This document shows, piece by piece, positions 23,057 through 54,774 of a DNA stretch of 64,000 nucleotides. The notes below the pieces were generated by a model, which searched no databases, was not told the DNA's origin, and saw nothing but the letters and a program-made list of their open reading frames with translations. The stretch's first letter is position 1. Each line of letters opens with the position of its first letter. Source of the stretch: Amoebidium appalachense (Eukaryota; Protista; Ichthyosporea); assembly GCA_963693365.1 (NCBI GenBank), contig CAVNZM010000010.1, positions 8,557,794 through 8,621,793 of the forward strand, written 5' to 3'. The position numbers and the translations under genes were made by a program.

Positions 23057-24272
23057 ACAGAAATGAAACGAGAACGCAACTTGACACACGAGCGCGGCGG
23101 ATACTCAGGCTGCCGGCTCTGCAATTTGGGAAGCATCGATTTTAAAGTTTTGTTATCATGTACTTAAGTGTTCAACCTAATTATTTATCACTCTCAAACT
23201 TATAGGTAAGCTATTTAAAAACAGATTTCATTGGTTTTTGAAAAATATTGTAAAATAACATATACTCAAATTTCTCCAGAAGCCCAATGAAAGTATTGCG
23301 CAAACTGATTACGAGATAGGATACACCTGACTATGATAAGATCTCCGGCTAGCGCTGTGCGTTCCTTTGGCATGGCATGTGCAGGCCTGTCGACGCGGAC
23401 AGACACAACATGAGACAAGCTCATGGTTCGCTGGATAGAAAGTTCCTCATGGCTATGATCTTTACACTATACACCTGCGCACTTATCTACTTGCTGTTAA
23501 AATGTACCTCTCCGCTTCTTTTGGTGCTTTCTCAACCATCATAACACGCATCACTCTTGCAAATTGTGGTGAGGTGTCAGCATGTTAGTTGCATAACACT
23601 CCACTTGATGCCAGCAAAGCAATGTCATGAAGGCTGGCGGGGATCAGTTTCTCCCGAGCAGTGTAGTCTTAGAGCAGTGTGAAGAATGATCTAGGCTTAC
23701 TGTAGACTTTTTGTTGGCGGTCATACTTCTCAGTCACAACATCGTTGGATGGTTAAGGCCCCTGTACATCGTGACATGACTTTGTACATGTGCACAATTC
23801 TTCCTCCGTTGGCATGACAAATCTCTCAACACTCCCAAAACTTTCTTTATTTAGAGTTAAATATTATGCCAGGTCCAGCCCGACAGGAACAGTAATTCCT
23901 TATCAAAAATATGAACATGGAGAACCTACACCTGTGGTTCTAGTGATAATAAAGCCTGTTGCTGAGAACGATGCAGATGCAGAATCTGTTGCTTGAGTCA
24001 GGTGTAAGGAAGTGCACGTGCTTTGGGTATAGTCTTGTTTTGTGCCTGTGCAGGCGATCGGGCGTGTCTTACGGTGTATGCCCTGCAAAGTGTATGTATG
24101 TGTGCCCCTACCACTGGCCGTTTCGGGTTACCTTTTTGACTGCATATTATCGTGTATGGAGCCCATGCACCTACAATGTGAGACTATCTACATTCTTGTT
24201 GCCGTCAGCATCTCTCTCCTCCTCCACCACTGTTTATCCTCCATCAATCCAAGCACGTGTCTATTTTGTGGC

Positions 24273-32380
<8,108 letters not shown>

Positions 32381-33546
32381 GGTGCCGTGCGCCTGCACAC
32401 CACGTGTACGCTACGTGCACACACACGCCCCGCACAGACCCTGCGTGTGCAGAACCCCGGGCACGCGCTAGGTGCCTAAAAGCTCGCTCTCTACTAGGAC
32501 TGACTGCGAGCGACGCACCAATATAACTACAGAGGTACGTTTACTCTCCCGCGGCATATGGCACACAAAGAGTCGCAGTAGTCTAGTCACCAGGCTGATG
32601 TCAACCCGCTATGCCACCGCGTGTGTGTAAGGCCAACATGCACAAGCCTTCTCATAAGTGTTCCTGCACAACTCTCTCTCTCCCTCCCCTCTCTTTTCTC
32701 TCTCCCTCCCTCCCATCTGCGGAAGCCCTACAACCTCGCACACACGCGCACTACTCTATCAGCACTTCTCTTTCACGTGTTCTGAACTTCTGTGCACTCT
32801 CATCGATCAAACTCATTGATTGGATATGTCGGCATTCCTGCAGGCTAAGGCGCAATCATTGCAATGTTTACGTAATTGAATAGATTTGTTTGGTTAGAAG
32901 ACCCAATGGTTTTACGTAAGATAAGGCTATTTATGGTATATCTTATCTTATTTACCAATCAACGTATAGGAGGTTGCGGTTTGAAAACGTTGGTCTGTGC
33001 GATCAACAGGTGGCCGGTAGACTCGCTATACATATGTGCTACCATATTGGAAGCGCTCATATGTGCAGTGTGTAAGGGACAAAAAGAGAACATTAATTTC
33101 CATGCACATAGATACAGTCCCTCTTGTTTACAGGCGCGCTAAATGAAGCCAAATATGGACCTCAAGCTTGCAACGATGTCATTATTTGTGTGCGTATACT
33201 GGCGTTCACAGAAACAACACGACATTCCTGAGTCCAAGGGCGTTAGATCCACGTGCCTTGATGCTGGCCTCGGCGTTGGTCTGCTATCCACTCTGGTGCC
33301 GCACCCGTGAATGTTCGGTAGACGCACTAAACATGCAGGCGTGTCGTATTAGATATCTGGCGCACGGGACGCACCCCAGGCATTTTTTCCCAAGGACTCG
33401 ACACCCAGTCTGATCCAGGACTATAAATGATCACGCCCCCTTCAGATGCGTTTCAATTTGATACAAGCCACTGGCACATGCGCATAGTCGTACAACAACA
33501 TCACCCCAGTGCATATGTACAGGTTGATCTGTTTTGAGAAGACATC

Positions 33547-36535
33547 ATGTGGTCCCTAGCCATTGCCCTGGTCCTAGGTAAGTACTGTGCCATCGGTCAT
33601 AACTCGGATTCCGAATGATTCCAACTCGAGCTCAGCCAGCCGCTCAGCCTTGTCTCATCTTACGTACGCACTACTAAGTGAGTTAATTGCACGTATCCTA
33701 GGCATATGCAGGCCTACGTACAGCTAACTAGAGTCTTAGGCTGCCGCACGCACCCCCGCGGCCATTAGCTTTTTGTCGCCAGGTTCACTACGGTACCGGT
33801 GCTGGAAGTTTGTAAGGTGTCGAATCTAAGACTTTTGAAATTTGGTATTTAGTGACTTCTGCAGATTGCATATTCAGTCATTGGATGAAGAATGTTTCAG
33901 CCAGCTAGCTTCACTGAATGATTCTGCAACTTACAATTATTTCCGAATATGTATAGTGTACATGTGCTTACACAGCCACTAACCATTGACCACCCTGCTG
34001 TTCTCCACAGCGGCTACAGGGCCCACAGTGGGACACAGTGTTGATAGACGTGCTGCAGCCGTGTGGGTGCCACGGCAGTCAGTACCCCTCACCTACTACG
34101 TGTGTGCCGGCACATACAAGTCCTACTGCGAGTCCATCCTGGACATTCTCATCATGCAGGGCAAGGATGCTGCTCCAAACTTCCTGGCCTCCTCGCCCTA
34201 CGACAAAATGTGCAGCTCGTGCCAGCCCGCCGTCACAAAATTGAACCCCGTGCGCTGCCTGTGTGGAAAGGTATGTGCGTGTCGTGCTCCGAGACTAAAG
34301 TGTTTTGTGTTTCAGTTCAATTCGTTCTGCGACGTTTGGTTTGAACCGTACGCCTACAAATCTGCTTCTATTGGGCCAACGGTTTTTTTCTTTTCACAGT
34401 GTGCCGTTTTTATTGTTTTGAGCCCTGATAATATATCAGTTGACTCGTCCTCTTTACTGTGTGTTCGAGTTCCACTGTTGCTGGCAGTGATTTTTGCCAA
34501 TGTTCGGCGAAACATCCGAAATTGTCAGCATCTGTGTGACTAGTGTCTAGGTCACTTCATGACACTCACCCCCCAATCCCATACACACAGTACGAATCGA
34601 CAGGCCGCAGCCCCCAGTGGACCACAAAATACTGCCAGAACATCTGCAACCAAGTAAATATTATCCTTTGAAGCCGTCCCCCCCCCCTCCCCCCGCCCTC
34701 CCTCTCGGACAAGAAAAAAAAGAAAAATAATCATAGTAAACGAAATTATTAGTAAACAGAAACATTATTAACACCATCCTTGTCGTCACCATGCACCGAT
34801 ATGCGTCATGTGGCCGCTGTCCAACCGCTGCCCGCACAAGGAAACTTTTACTGATTCCGAGTAACACACATACACCTTTACACTGCACGTCCATACAGTT
34901 GCCAAAGAGCTCTCGTCCACACAACACACGTCCCCACACTCTCGCAATCCGTGATGCATCCCAGGTTTCAAAAGTATCTGCCCTTAGTAAGACAAGTGTA
35001 AATTACACTTAAATGGTCGACTGAGAGCATGAACCCCTTCTTTTGCTTGCTTCTAACTCCTTCCCCACTCCAGCCCGATGGAGACTACATCTGCCCACCG
35101 CAATTTTGCAAGTGTGCCGACAGTGGTTTGGAGGGCCGCTGTGAGGTAGAGTGGTATGATCGCTACGGCAATGGCTACGACATCTCCACGTGCAGTGACT
35201 GGGTGGCAAACCCGGGCACATCGGCCACAGACAAGTACTGCCGTGACACGTGCACGAACAACCCACCGTTCTGCATCTGCTCACTGTGTCTGTGCAAGGA
35301 CCTGCTGCAGCAGGAATGTGGTGGTCAGCAGACAACAACAACAACAACCATAGCGACCACGACCACATCCACTACAACCCCCACCCCTACTACAACCACT
35401 ACCACCACCACTACAACAACAACCACCACCGTGATTCCCACTACAACCACCACAACAACAACAACAACTACCACCCCCACTACAACCACCACTACAACCA
35501 CCACTACAACCACCACCACCCCGACAACCACCACCACCACAACAACCCCCTCTACCACCACCACCAGCACCACCAGCACCACCACTACCACGCCCACTAC
35601 AACCACCACCACCACAACCACAACCACGCCTACAACAACCACCACGACCACGACCACCACCACCACCACCACCACCACCACCACCACGCCCACTACAACC
35701 ACCACCACCACCACCACCACCCCCCCCCACTACAACCACCACTACAACCACCACTACAACCACCACTACAACCACCACTCCCACTATAACCACCACCACC
35801 ACAACCACCACCACCCCTACAACAACCACCACTACAACCACCACCACCACCACTACAACCACCACGCCCACTACAACCACCACCACTACAACCACCCCCA
35901 CCCCAACTACAACCACCACTACAACCACCACTCCCACCACCACCACCACCACCACCACAACCACCATGACAACCACCACTCCCACCACCACCACCACCAC
36001 CACAACAACAACAACCACCACCACCGCCACCGCCACCCCCACGCCAACCCCAGGGCCCTGTCCCCTCTACGGTCAATTCAACGATGCAGGGGACATAACC
36101 GTCTCCATAGGTCCAGGATGGGTCAATGTCACCATCGACACAAGCACCGCCACCCCTCCCGATTCCATTTCAGGTGATATCCACGTAGCAGTGGGATGCG
36201 ACAAGATCAACATACCCCAAAGCGGGGGCAACCCTGCTCTCGGTCAGTTCAAAAACTGCGGAACCCTTGCATATCCTCTCTGCCGTGGTGCGCAGCAGGC
36301 AGGGAGCGGAACCCTAAACAGGGTTAACATTAGCACCAAGAATCTGATATGTGCTTTTGGTCCGGAGGTGCTTGTGGTGCACTACGTGGTTAATGGCAAC
36401 ACGGCTTACTACTGCGGCAAGTGTCTTCCCCAGACCACCCCCCCCATCCAGGGGCCCTTCATGTGCGATAACGCCTTCAAGTTCAATAGTGGGGGAGGCA
36501 GCTGGGCGTACTTTGCAGACATCAACATCATGTAG
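33547..36535 (+). CDS. Secreted protein: signal peptide, Cys-rich modules, Thr/Pro mucin-like stalk, C-terminal globular domain
   Basis: Exons 33547-33577 (MWSLAIALVL), 34011-34270, 34591-34653, 35074-36535. Modules KYCQNICNQPDGDYICPPQFCKC and KYCRDTCTNNPPFCICSLCLC. (ACN)n Thr tract at about 35331-36045 with apparent assembly frameshifts. C-terminal ~160-aa domain ends SWAYFADINIM*. Confidence 0.75.
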
Positions 36536-37300
36536 GGAAGGATGGCCTATGATCTTGTGCATGCAAGGGCCGCCGGGTGTGTACGTACTTATTAGACCTG
36601 CGGAATATAGCTCCTGTGGGTGCGTTGAATGGCAGGCAGACACTAAGCTAAGCCTCGCCAGATCACATGTTACTAAGTTAAATAAATAGTGAAGTCTGCT
36701 GGTTAACGTCTGCTGGTTAACTTTACTCACATACTGTACTGTATGTGCTCGTGGCAAAATGCAAAATTTAAGTTGTACAGTTACTGTATGTATTAGGTAT
36801 CAACATAATGATTTATGGTCTGGCATAGAATCAAGGGTCATAGGTCATAGCCAGTGCAGCCGGTGCAGCAGTGGCATAATTGCTTAGGATATGTTGCATG
36901 CGTCGTACTCTCTGGCGATTTGTATACTAGGGCATTGCAGTTGATTTGTTGATCATGACAATATCATTATGCGACAGTGTTTTCAACCCGGCCGGGATGC
37001 TTCGAGTTCTAAGAAAAATGATGTCCCAGCGCATGTATGATGGAGAAAATTGGTTGCTCGCCATCGGTCCTACCCCTGCCGGCCAGACGCTGTGTATATA
37101 TAGGAGATGTAGTTGGTATTGTTGGGCTGATTCAAAATCTGGTCATGCATGCCTGGCTTGAATCAAAATGAATAGAAAAAGCCTTTTATTTCATGCTGCA
37201 TTGGACCCTGCATGCATGGCCTTTTGCACCTATGTTTCTTCATGGCAGCTGGAGGGTGGGTGAGTCCCCCCCTGAATTGAACGTACATGTCCTCCTGCAG

Positions 37301-37369
<69 letters not shown>

Positions 37370-37677
37370 TTTTCCCTGAAGGAGGTCTACACACCGGCTA
37401 CAGCTGCAGTAGGACGACGAGGGTACCTGCTATGGCATACAGGGATGGGCTAAATCATAAGATTTTCCGTAATTAAGATCGATTATGAGATCTAGCGCGC
37501 CTCTTCTGGCTGGCTAGCCCCCGTGTGTGGCACATATGAAAAATAAGATTTTTCTCCGTGTCCTTGTGGGCTAGGGGGGTCTGGGACTAAGATTATAGCT
37601 GGCTAGGGCTGAAATCCACGTTATCTTATATTCGGCCTACCCTGTAGGCAGATGCACGTGGGTGCCACTGGTGAGTT

Positions 37678-37724
<47 letters not shown>

Positions 37725-38503
37725 ACACACACACACGTTCACACACACACAAACTTAATGCACACAAAACACACAAACACGAACAAACGCACACACATAC
37801 ACACCCACACGCTACACGGGCACACTTAAAACGCAAACTCGCGCACGCATATATACAGTGACGCACAGAAACACATCAGCACGCACACACGTGTACATAG
37901 TCACACACACACCTACGACATGCACACGCAGGCACACACATGCACACGCCATACACAACGCACGGACACGCACGCGCACACCCAGGCACACACACGTTCT
38001 CGCACACACACGCACGCACACACAAAGACAGATAGTCAAAAGCAATGGAAAGTTTGCCAACATATCAATCATCAGCCGACTGGGCTTCGTGTCTCAGCAC
38101 ATAACCCCAGCTAGGGCACCTTTTATTATGAACACACTTCATCATTCTTGCAGCCCAACAGTGTGCCCTATGCACTAATAGTGTTTGGTGGCATTTTAAT
38201 TACACCGCATCCATATATCCATATATGGTCATATGGCCGTTGGGATGGCCACGAGTCCTAGCCTGTGTGCTTCGTCTCACTTTTAACCTTGCACATGACA
38301 ACATTTGCCCATACATGTATTTGCACATATATGTATTTCATACGTATCTGCACATGTATGTATTTCATATGTATCTGCACATCTTGAGTTGCATACATAT
38401 CTGCACAGGTATTCGCACGTGTACATGCATGCACAGGCGCACATGTACCCAATCATAAGTGCACCACACCACACCACCCTATTTGACGCACCCACCTACC
38501 CAC

Positions 38504-47421
<8,918 letters not shown>

Positions 47422-47609
47422 GTTTCTTACCCAGAAGAGAACTGCCCTACAAAATAGAGACCTTGAAGAGAACTGCGCTACAAACTGGAGAACATGGAAT
47501 ACATACGCAAGCGACTCGGCTATATTTTCTCGGTTTCGACGGAAGATGGTTTGGATGGAAATAAACCCTGGGTGTGTGTTGTGCCTAACGGGGTCACCCA
47601 TACACTAAG

Positions 47610-47685
47610 GGCGTGCGCAACCCAGACCACTAAGCGCGTAAACCAGACCACTGGTTTGCACTAAGTGCGCAAACCAGACCAGTAG
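47610..47685. promoter_or_regulatory. Triplicated motif (A/C)CCAGACCA with GCGCA/GCGTA flanks upstream of the ELM2-SANT gene
   Basis: Three copies of AA(A/C)CCAGACCA at about 47619, 47640 and 47671, about 200 bp upstream of the ATG. Confidence 0.3.
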
Positions 47686-48960
47686 CCTGCACCCCAGGCT
47701 TCAAAAGCACAAATAAATGACCAGCAGAAGCACAAATAAATAATCAGCAACAAAAATAGCGGCTATACTAAAGGTTACCGAGCTAAGGTAACATGGTACC
47801 TAAAGCGTTCTGTTTCCTAAGATGTTCCCTTCTCCAGGGCAGCTTTCCCTTTACGGCTCAGGGCAGTAGTCTATCGTTGGTTCTTTCAATGAATATTAGC
47901 ATACTTTGTAGTGTGTGATTGATTTAGAATGACGTCATAATGCTCAGACTAGTGCGGGCAGACGGCAGCCTGCAGCTGAGCCTCGCCTACACTAACATGC
48001 ATGTTGGCCACCTCGCAGCACTGTTCCAGTTCCGTATGTACGGCCTATCTTGCCACATGAGCAACCCCCTTTCAAATGCTATACTTAGTGCTGGTATACA
48101 GAAGCACTAGTGGCCACCTGTGAGGTCACCCTGCACCGGAGATAGTGGGGCCCAGGGCAGGGCAGCGTATTTTTGGCGTGGCATTTGGACGGTGTTTCAA
48201 CGTGCACATCGTTTGCCTCGAAACGTGCTGTGATGGGCACAACAACGTTTGGCACTTTTAGAGCTTGATGAGTCGGCATATGCATGGGGTCACTTCCTCG
48301 GCTAAGGACAGGTTGGCAAGACAGCAACCTACATTTCTGTATCGCGGGCTCCAGACACCACACCCTATTGAAATAGATAGACCAATAAATTCCCCTAGAG
48401 TTGAGCGACGTTACATGGGTACTGCTTGCAAGCCCATCTTCAGGGAAACAAATTTAGAGCTCTATCATACACCTGCCTGTGGAAAAACTATTCACGAAGT
48501 TTGCATATACAGGCAACACATTCCTTGCATTTTTACGCAGTTCACGAGGTTCTCTATCACTAGCTGCAGAATCGCATATATGAAACATTCGAATTCATCT
48601 CCTCCCAATCACCCATTGCCGTCCAGCCACATACCCAAAAGTTACCAGGGTAAAGTGCACGAATAAGCCTAGGCCTTTACTTGCAGACAACACACTTTCG
48701 TTCCGTTGACCGCACCTACAAACATACAACTGTGAGGCAGCGCGTTGCTAGTGGGCACTAAGTTTGCTGCAGGCATTCTAACGAGCCTGCTGCAGGATCT
48801 AACTTCTACTGTACATTCTTGTATGCTTAACAGTCAGCGCGTACAAACGATTCGCAAAAGTTCGGCAGAGAATATCAGAGGCTATTCTGTATGCAAGTTA
48901 ATAACATTGGCAACAACCAACTTGCACGTACGCACACGCAGACAATTGGAGAGGAAAACG

Positions 48961-49001
<41 letters not shown>

Positions 49002-49685
49002 GAAGGAGCAAGGTATGAAGGGAGGGCGAAAAGGGGTAAGCAGAAAAAAGGTGAACATAGATATGAGTAATGGGAAGCGGGAAAAAAAAAGGGGGGGGGG
49101 GGGGAGGGGGGGGGGGGGGGGGGGGGGGGGAAGAAGAAAAATTGAAAAAGAAAAAAAAAAATGTCGTTGACATCAGGGGGGTTGAGGGGGTAGATGAAGG
49201 ACGCACTATCCAGGACGTGGTCACATTTCAAGTCATCCGGTGATATACGTCTTGCCGCAAGGGTGTGTGTGGCACCTTCGCATATTTTCCTGCAACATTT
49301 CAACCCGGAGCGCTGCTTGTGCGGTGAATCAGAACAGCCACCTCCGGCATGTGTACTGGAAGCCCAGGTCTTCCTGCAGAGTACAATGGCTCCGTCAGTT
49401 TAAGTCACCAAAGAAACAAGTGTTTCGTTATTGCAGGATCTATTGCACACCAGCACAATGCCTTTTAAAGCTATACATGTGCGTGGAGCCAGGGGAAGCA
49501 CCAAAATACATTGCAGAAAACAGCAATTTGTCTTGTCTTTTTGCCTACTCTCTCTCTTAGACCATATCCCCAACCCTATTTCAACTCTATCTTTCACACT
49601 TCTTCGTCCTTCTTTTCCAAAACGAAAGGGGTGGGGGAGAGGGGCGAGGGAGGGGGGGGGGGGGGGGGGGGGGGGATAACCTCAC

Positions 49686-50278
49686 CTAGCCCAGCACGTG
49701 GTCAGCCATTTCTCGTTCGTGGCCCAACTCCATCAGCCGTGACCTCTTTGCACGCAGGGCCGGATCTCCACCCACGTCCGGATCCCATCGCTGGCCATAT
49801 GTGCCCCCGCCTATTGGCCCATGCACGGCATATGGTGAGTAGCGGGCCTCGGCAAGGTCCCTTGCATGATGACTTGGCCCCCCATAACCATAGCCAGCCG
49901 GACGCTGGCTGTAGCCGTAGAAGGGTGCCTCCACCGGCCTGCTGGCCTCTGGGTATCCGTACTGGGCATAGGGCTCGGTGGGCCCACTGTAGCTGTAGTA
50001 TGTGTAGCCCCCCGGTGATCCGCCTGGGGCCGGGGCGCTGCTGTATGGCTGCTGGTCATTGGCCCAGGATCGTGGCTCCTCCAGGGCACTGTATGGCCGG
50101 TAGCTGGCCGGTGGGCCGTGGTCGTCGGCACTGCTGTCTGATGCACGTGCTACCCGGGCAGGTGTGGCTGCAGGCCACAGTGTCAGAAAGAGGGGTATTG
50201 GAGCAAGAAGGCGAGAGTGAAACACGTGACTAAAGAGCACGCATCAAGACTAAGGGGGAAAGCTTTTTTCTTCTTCTT

Positions 50279-50321
<43 letters not shown>

Positions 50322-51161
50322 GTCGGATGGGGGGGAGGGTGTGTGTGGTGGTGGTGGTGGTGGTGCAAAAAATAAGAAACAATGGAAAAAAACATTGAAT
50401 GACTACAAAAGCAACCGCACCTTCTTTAGAGTCCCCCCTCGACCTCTTTGCGGGGATCTTGTACTCGGCCAGTTCTGACTCTTCTGGGTGCTGTTTTTCC
50501 ATGTGCCGTCTGCAGGGATAGCGTTAGTGTCAGCACACACACACAGGCTAAAATGTGTGTCCAAGAAGCACACCCAACATCAAGGTCTTTCCAACACCAA
50601 GACTTGAGCATACCCGCCCACATAATACAAGGACACAGCCCGCCTCTGCCTCCTTGATACAACAAGAATCAATACTCAGGCCCTGCACATACCTTTGCAC
50701 ATCCAACCAGACAATACCAGCAATGAAAAGCACAAAGCCTCAAAACTGCATGCTAATCTGCGTGAGCACCATAGTGTCAAATAACTACTGCAGGCACTTC
50801 AAGAATTGCAGGGTGAAATTTTCATAGAAGAACAAGCTGTAGACCAGCCACTGGGCACCTACTTCAAGGATCTTGGGTCACTATATCGCTTGGAGCAGGT
50901 GGGTATGCTGCAGGCGTGTGGCTTCTCCCCTCTGTGAGTGACCATGTGCCCTGCCAGGTGGTCGAGTCTCTTGAACCGCTTGAGGCACTCGGGGCACTCG
51001 TGTGGGCGCAAGTCCGAATGCACAGCCATGTGCTTGGTTAGGCTGCTCTGGTTGGGAAAGCTCTTGCCACATTCTGAACATTGGTGTGGAGATTTCTCTT
51101 TTGACTGGCCACCTCCCTGCCCATCCTCCCCCTCGCTCACTGGCGAGTGCTCGCTTTGCAT
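49686..51161 (-). CDS. Short C2H2x3 zinc-finger protein, paralog of the N-terminus of the 38504-47421 gene, with a Tyr/Pro/Gly-rich tail
   Basis: Exons 51161-50863, 50509-50421, 50167-49686 (TAG). CSECGKSFPNQSSLTKHMAVHSDLRPHECPECLKRFKRLDHLAGHMVTHRGEKPHACSIPTCSKRYSDPRSLK|RHMEKQH. Confidence 0.85.
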
Positions 51162-53950
51162 TTTCACTGCCTGGGCCAGGCACACTGAACCCAAAAGCAC
51201 GGGGCAGCAGTCTGCTAGGGTCTAATAGCAGCACGAAGAAACGAGCGCTGCCGGACCCAGAACTCTGTCGTCAGATCTCTGTTCACTCTGCCGTCTCTTC
51301 AAGCTGTGTTTAAGCACGTGATTCCTGCAGCACATCAAACGGTATAAGTTAAAAAAAACCACCACACAAGCGGTCTGTACTTTAGCAGGCAATACACACC
51401 ATGATGCTGCTAAAAAACAAGCTTGTCAAGTAAATGAGGCACCTGTTTCGCTGAACCTAACTATCCTGACCGAGGTACTCTTGAGATCGAAGTGTCAAAT
51501 GTGAAATGTGACAGCTTCCCTTACCACCACCCACCCCATTAACACCGCATGTGATTAATGTCATCAAAAACACTCAAGCCTGCGTCACACAGTGCTCGTA
51601 TATGTAGGTATACACAGACACCACGTGTATTAGAGATAAAATGAATAATGAAGAGTCGCCTCATAACACCATTTGAGTCCTAACCAGGGAAACACAGAGT
51701 ACCAACGTCGCACTTCCAGCCTGCGCTTTCAATAACAAAAAAAACTTCCTTTCATTCAACGACTCTCCACAAACGTTTCATGAACTGCTAACCAATAACG
51801 CTGTCGCGTACTCCAAGATTAACCCAAAAGTTTTGTCGATGCTTTCTGTACCACTCCGCTGCTGCCCGTAGCTAATTGATCAGTGCTGAAAGCTCGCCAG
51901 CTCGAACCACAACTTCGCTCAGCCCCGAACCAGCGCCACAGCCACTCACCTCTCCTGTGCACGTCCGTAATCTTTCAGCACACTCTGCTTTCTCTTTCCT
52001 ACTTTTATTTGACTGCAACCTACACATTGAAGGAGCATCCACATTAACTCTCCTCGCTATTTGGTTAAAGAATGAAGCACGTGCCATTGCCAAGCAACCC
52101 TACTACTCCACAATAACGTCCTTCCCGACTCCCGCCTTTCAAGTTGCATCCGTTACAGGTAACACGCAGGCTCAAACTTGGCTGACGTGCGACCATGACG
52201 CAACATGCCATCCGCCGCACGGCCCTGGCCTGCGGAAAGCCGAACAGCGTGACGTAGAGCCAATAGAAACATCACAAGGCCAAGGTTTGATTGGCTAACA
52301 TGGGACTAAGTGGATCCTCAAAACCTCTTTGGGTGGGGTAATGGCAATTAGCAAAAAGGCATTGATTTCTTATGTTTCTGGTTAAGAGGTTACATACTAA
52401 CACATTTGTCACTAGTGCAGAAACATTGAACATTTTAACTAAGTGCTTAAAATGTGTAATAAAAATATTATTTGGCTTCATCATCTTGTAAGGCCATATA
52501 GTTGATACTACTTTCTTCTCTACTTTATAAAAATAAATATGGTCCCCCCAAATGGCGAGTTTGGAAGGTCTTTGACAAGCTCCTACGTTCAAGATCGCCT
52601 TGTTCCCCTAAACTGCTGTAGGCATGTCGCAAGACCGAATTCCAAATGTTGGAATATTCCTGGCAACAAAGGCTGGTGTTTACATAGAATACTTCTATTT
52701 TTATGAACACTACTTTTATCTACTTTTAGATTATTCTGAAATAAGCTGATTTTCAAACTCACCTTTCTAGGACCATTGGCATGGACTTAGCAAAATAGCA
52801 TCACAGTCCTTATACACATATAATGGTGGTTTTCCGATTTCCATATATTCCGAATGAAGATGGTTCAACGTTACCGGTCGGTTGTGGCACCCGGGCTGGC
52901 CGCCTAAAAGCCGCTCATGGTAACGTTGTTGATTGGTAGGCTAAAATGGTTGGCTGATCCGAGGCCGAAGAATAAACCATGCCCGGGACTCCTGGGCTAG
53001 GTTCAAAATAGCAGGCTGTGGCTCACTCAGAAATTCCGTCATATTGAATCTTGATGCTGGCTGGACATAGCAATACTGTTTTATTCAGTGGCGGTAGGTT
53101 GTAGAGAGGGAACCGTAAAGGCTCGTCGACACAAACGACAGTAACCATGTGTTACTTCAATAACGTGCTTGCCACAGCTACATTTATCAGCCATCCAATC
53201 ATGGCTCCTCGTACCCCGGCCATGCATTCGTTTTAGACCAAAAAAAATTACACTCTCGGAATCACCCATAATGTAAATGCGCCTTGATCACATTACTAGG
53301 TAGGTGAAATATAGTTATAATTCAATCATCACACTGCCGGTAATGGAAACATATAGTAAAAGGCTTGAAGTATTTTCGTGGGTAGCCTTTACCAAACAAT
53401 AGTCAAATTTATTACGAATTTGTCCTGTGAAGTTGTTGGTTTAGTTGGATCTAGGGGGTACATTTTAATAGATGTACAAACTCATTTCCGATTGGTGATC
53501 GATCATGACCTGAATGTGGTGTTTGACTTTATCTTGTCTTCCATTTCCCTGAAAATACATATAGAGGGGTTCAACAGCAGGCTGCTTTGCTAACCTTTGC
53601 CTTACAGGCTGTCTACGCCGAGGGCTACGTAGTATATTCGTACAGGTTTTTTGGGGGGACAAAAAAAAAAATAATAGAAACGTTGCGTGTAATAAGAGGC
53701 ATCTTTATAAATTATAAACAAATTTAGTGAATTAGGCAGTTATGTGTGCAGTAAATCTCATACATAGTGAAGCAAATCAAAGAACACACTCTTTCATGGA
53801 AACACAGATTAGAAAAATCTGGAACTGTTGAAATCGCGGATTTTCCAACAAAGTAACGTCACCAAAGCTCTATGGCATATTTCAAGCCAATCGGAATTGG
53901 GTAGCTCTTCCTTCAAAAATTCAGGAATCAGTGGCGTGAGTGCATGTACT

Positions 53951-54541
53951 GGGTCGCTTTGCATAAAAGTTTAAAAATCTTAGATTACGTCACGACCGAT
54001 CTCGCCACGTTTCGGGCTTGCGGGGATTGGCTAGACGCATAGATCTCTGATGACGATGCATGACTTTGTAAGATCTTGATGACAGCCGCCAAACCCAGAC
54101 TCCAAAATCTGGGAGACCCCATCCCCCCCTCTCCCAGACTGAACCAGATCTTTGGAATGCGCTAAAGCTGCGATTGGTTTTAATTCAGGTCGAGCGCATA
54201 GCCGTACTTAACCGATTGCTTTTCAATCAGGTCAGTGCTACGTGACCGCGGTAATGGCTCTGTCTCTCTTTCAGTCTTAAGAAAATGAAGAGAGTGTAAA
54301 CGGTTCTGTATAGGAATATGCAACAATGAAACACAAAAAAGAGCTGTAAATTACTTTTGTGTGCGATGTGCTCTAATAAGTCAGATAGGTTTGGCTTTTC
54401 TTTACAAAATAATGAAAGACCTCTCAGCTCATATCCACAAGTTCCGAACTTATGTGGTTTTCTACTCAGACTTTTCCATCACGTTGCGATATCAGCTGTG
54501 ACGTAATCTGGGATTTCCAAATTGTTTATGCAAAGCGACCC
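53951..54541. mobile_element. MITE with GGGTCGCTTTGCATAAA TIRs and 3-bp TSD (ACT)
   Basis: 17-bp perfect TIR, second inverted motif AGATTACGTCAC/GTGACGTAATCT, ACT at 53948-53950 and 54542-54544. Confidence 0.8.
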
Positions 54542-54774
54542 ACTCAATACCGGCCGCCTTTTGAAAAAAAAAAAAACTGAGAAAGAAAAGAATCTTCGAG
54601 TAGCCCATGAAAGAAAAAATGGAGCTTAACAATTCAGAGAATAATCACCCAGTTGACCTTAAACACTTGAGGTGTGTGCAACACGCGCGTTTCCGATGTG
54701 CCGGGCACTGCCGACGTACAGTACGGTATAAAAAAGTTGGCGTATGATATACGTACGCGATCGACGGCCGTGGC

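Noticed and set aside
23330-24060. Possible small gene between the RPL40 promoter and the RRP42 3' end
   Set aside because: Only short ORFs without recognisable motifs or a consistent splice chain.
52300-53900. AT-rich stretch with short Cys-containing ORF fragments (possible viral or transposase relic)
   Set aside because: Many stops and no recognisable motif or termini; cannot be assigned without a homology search.
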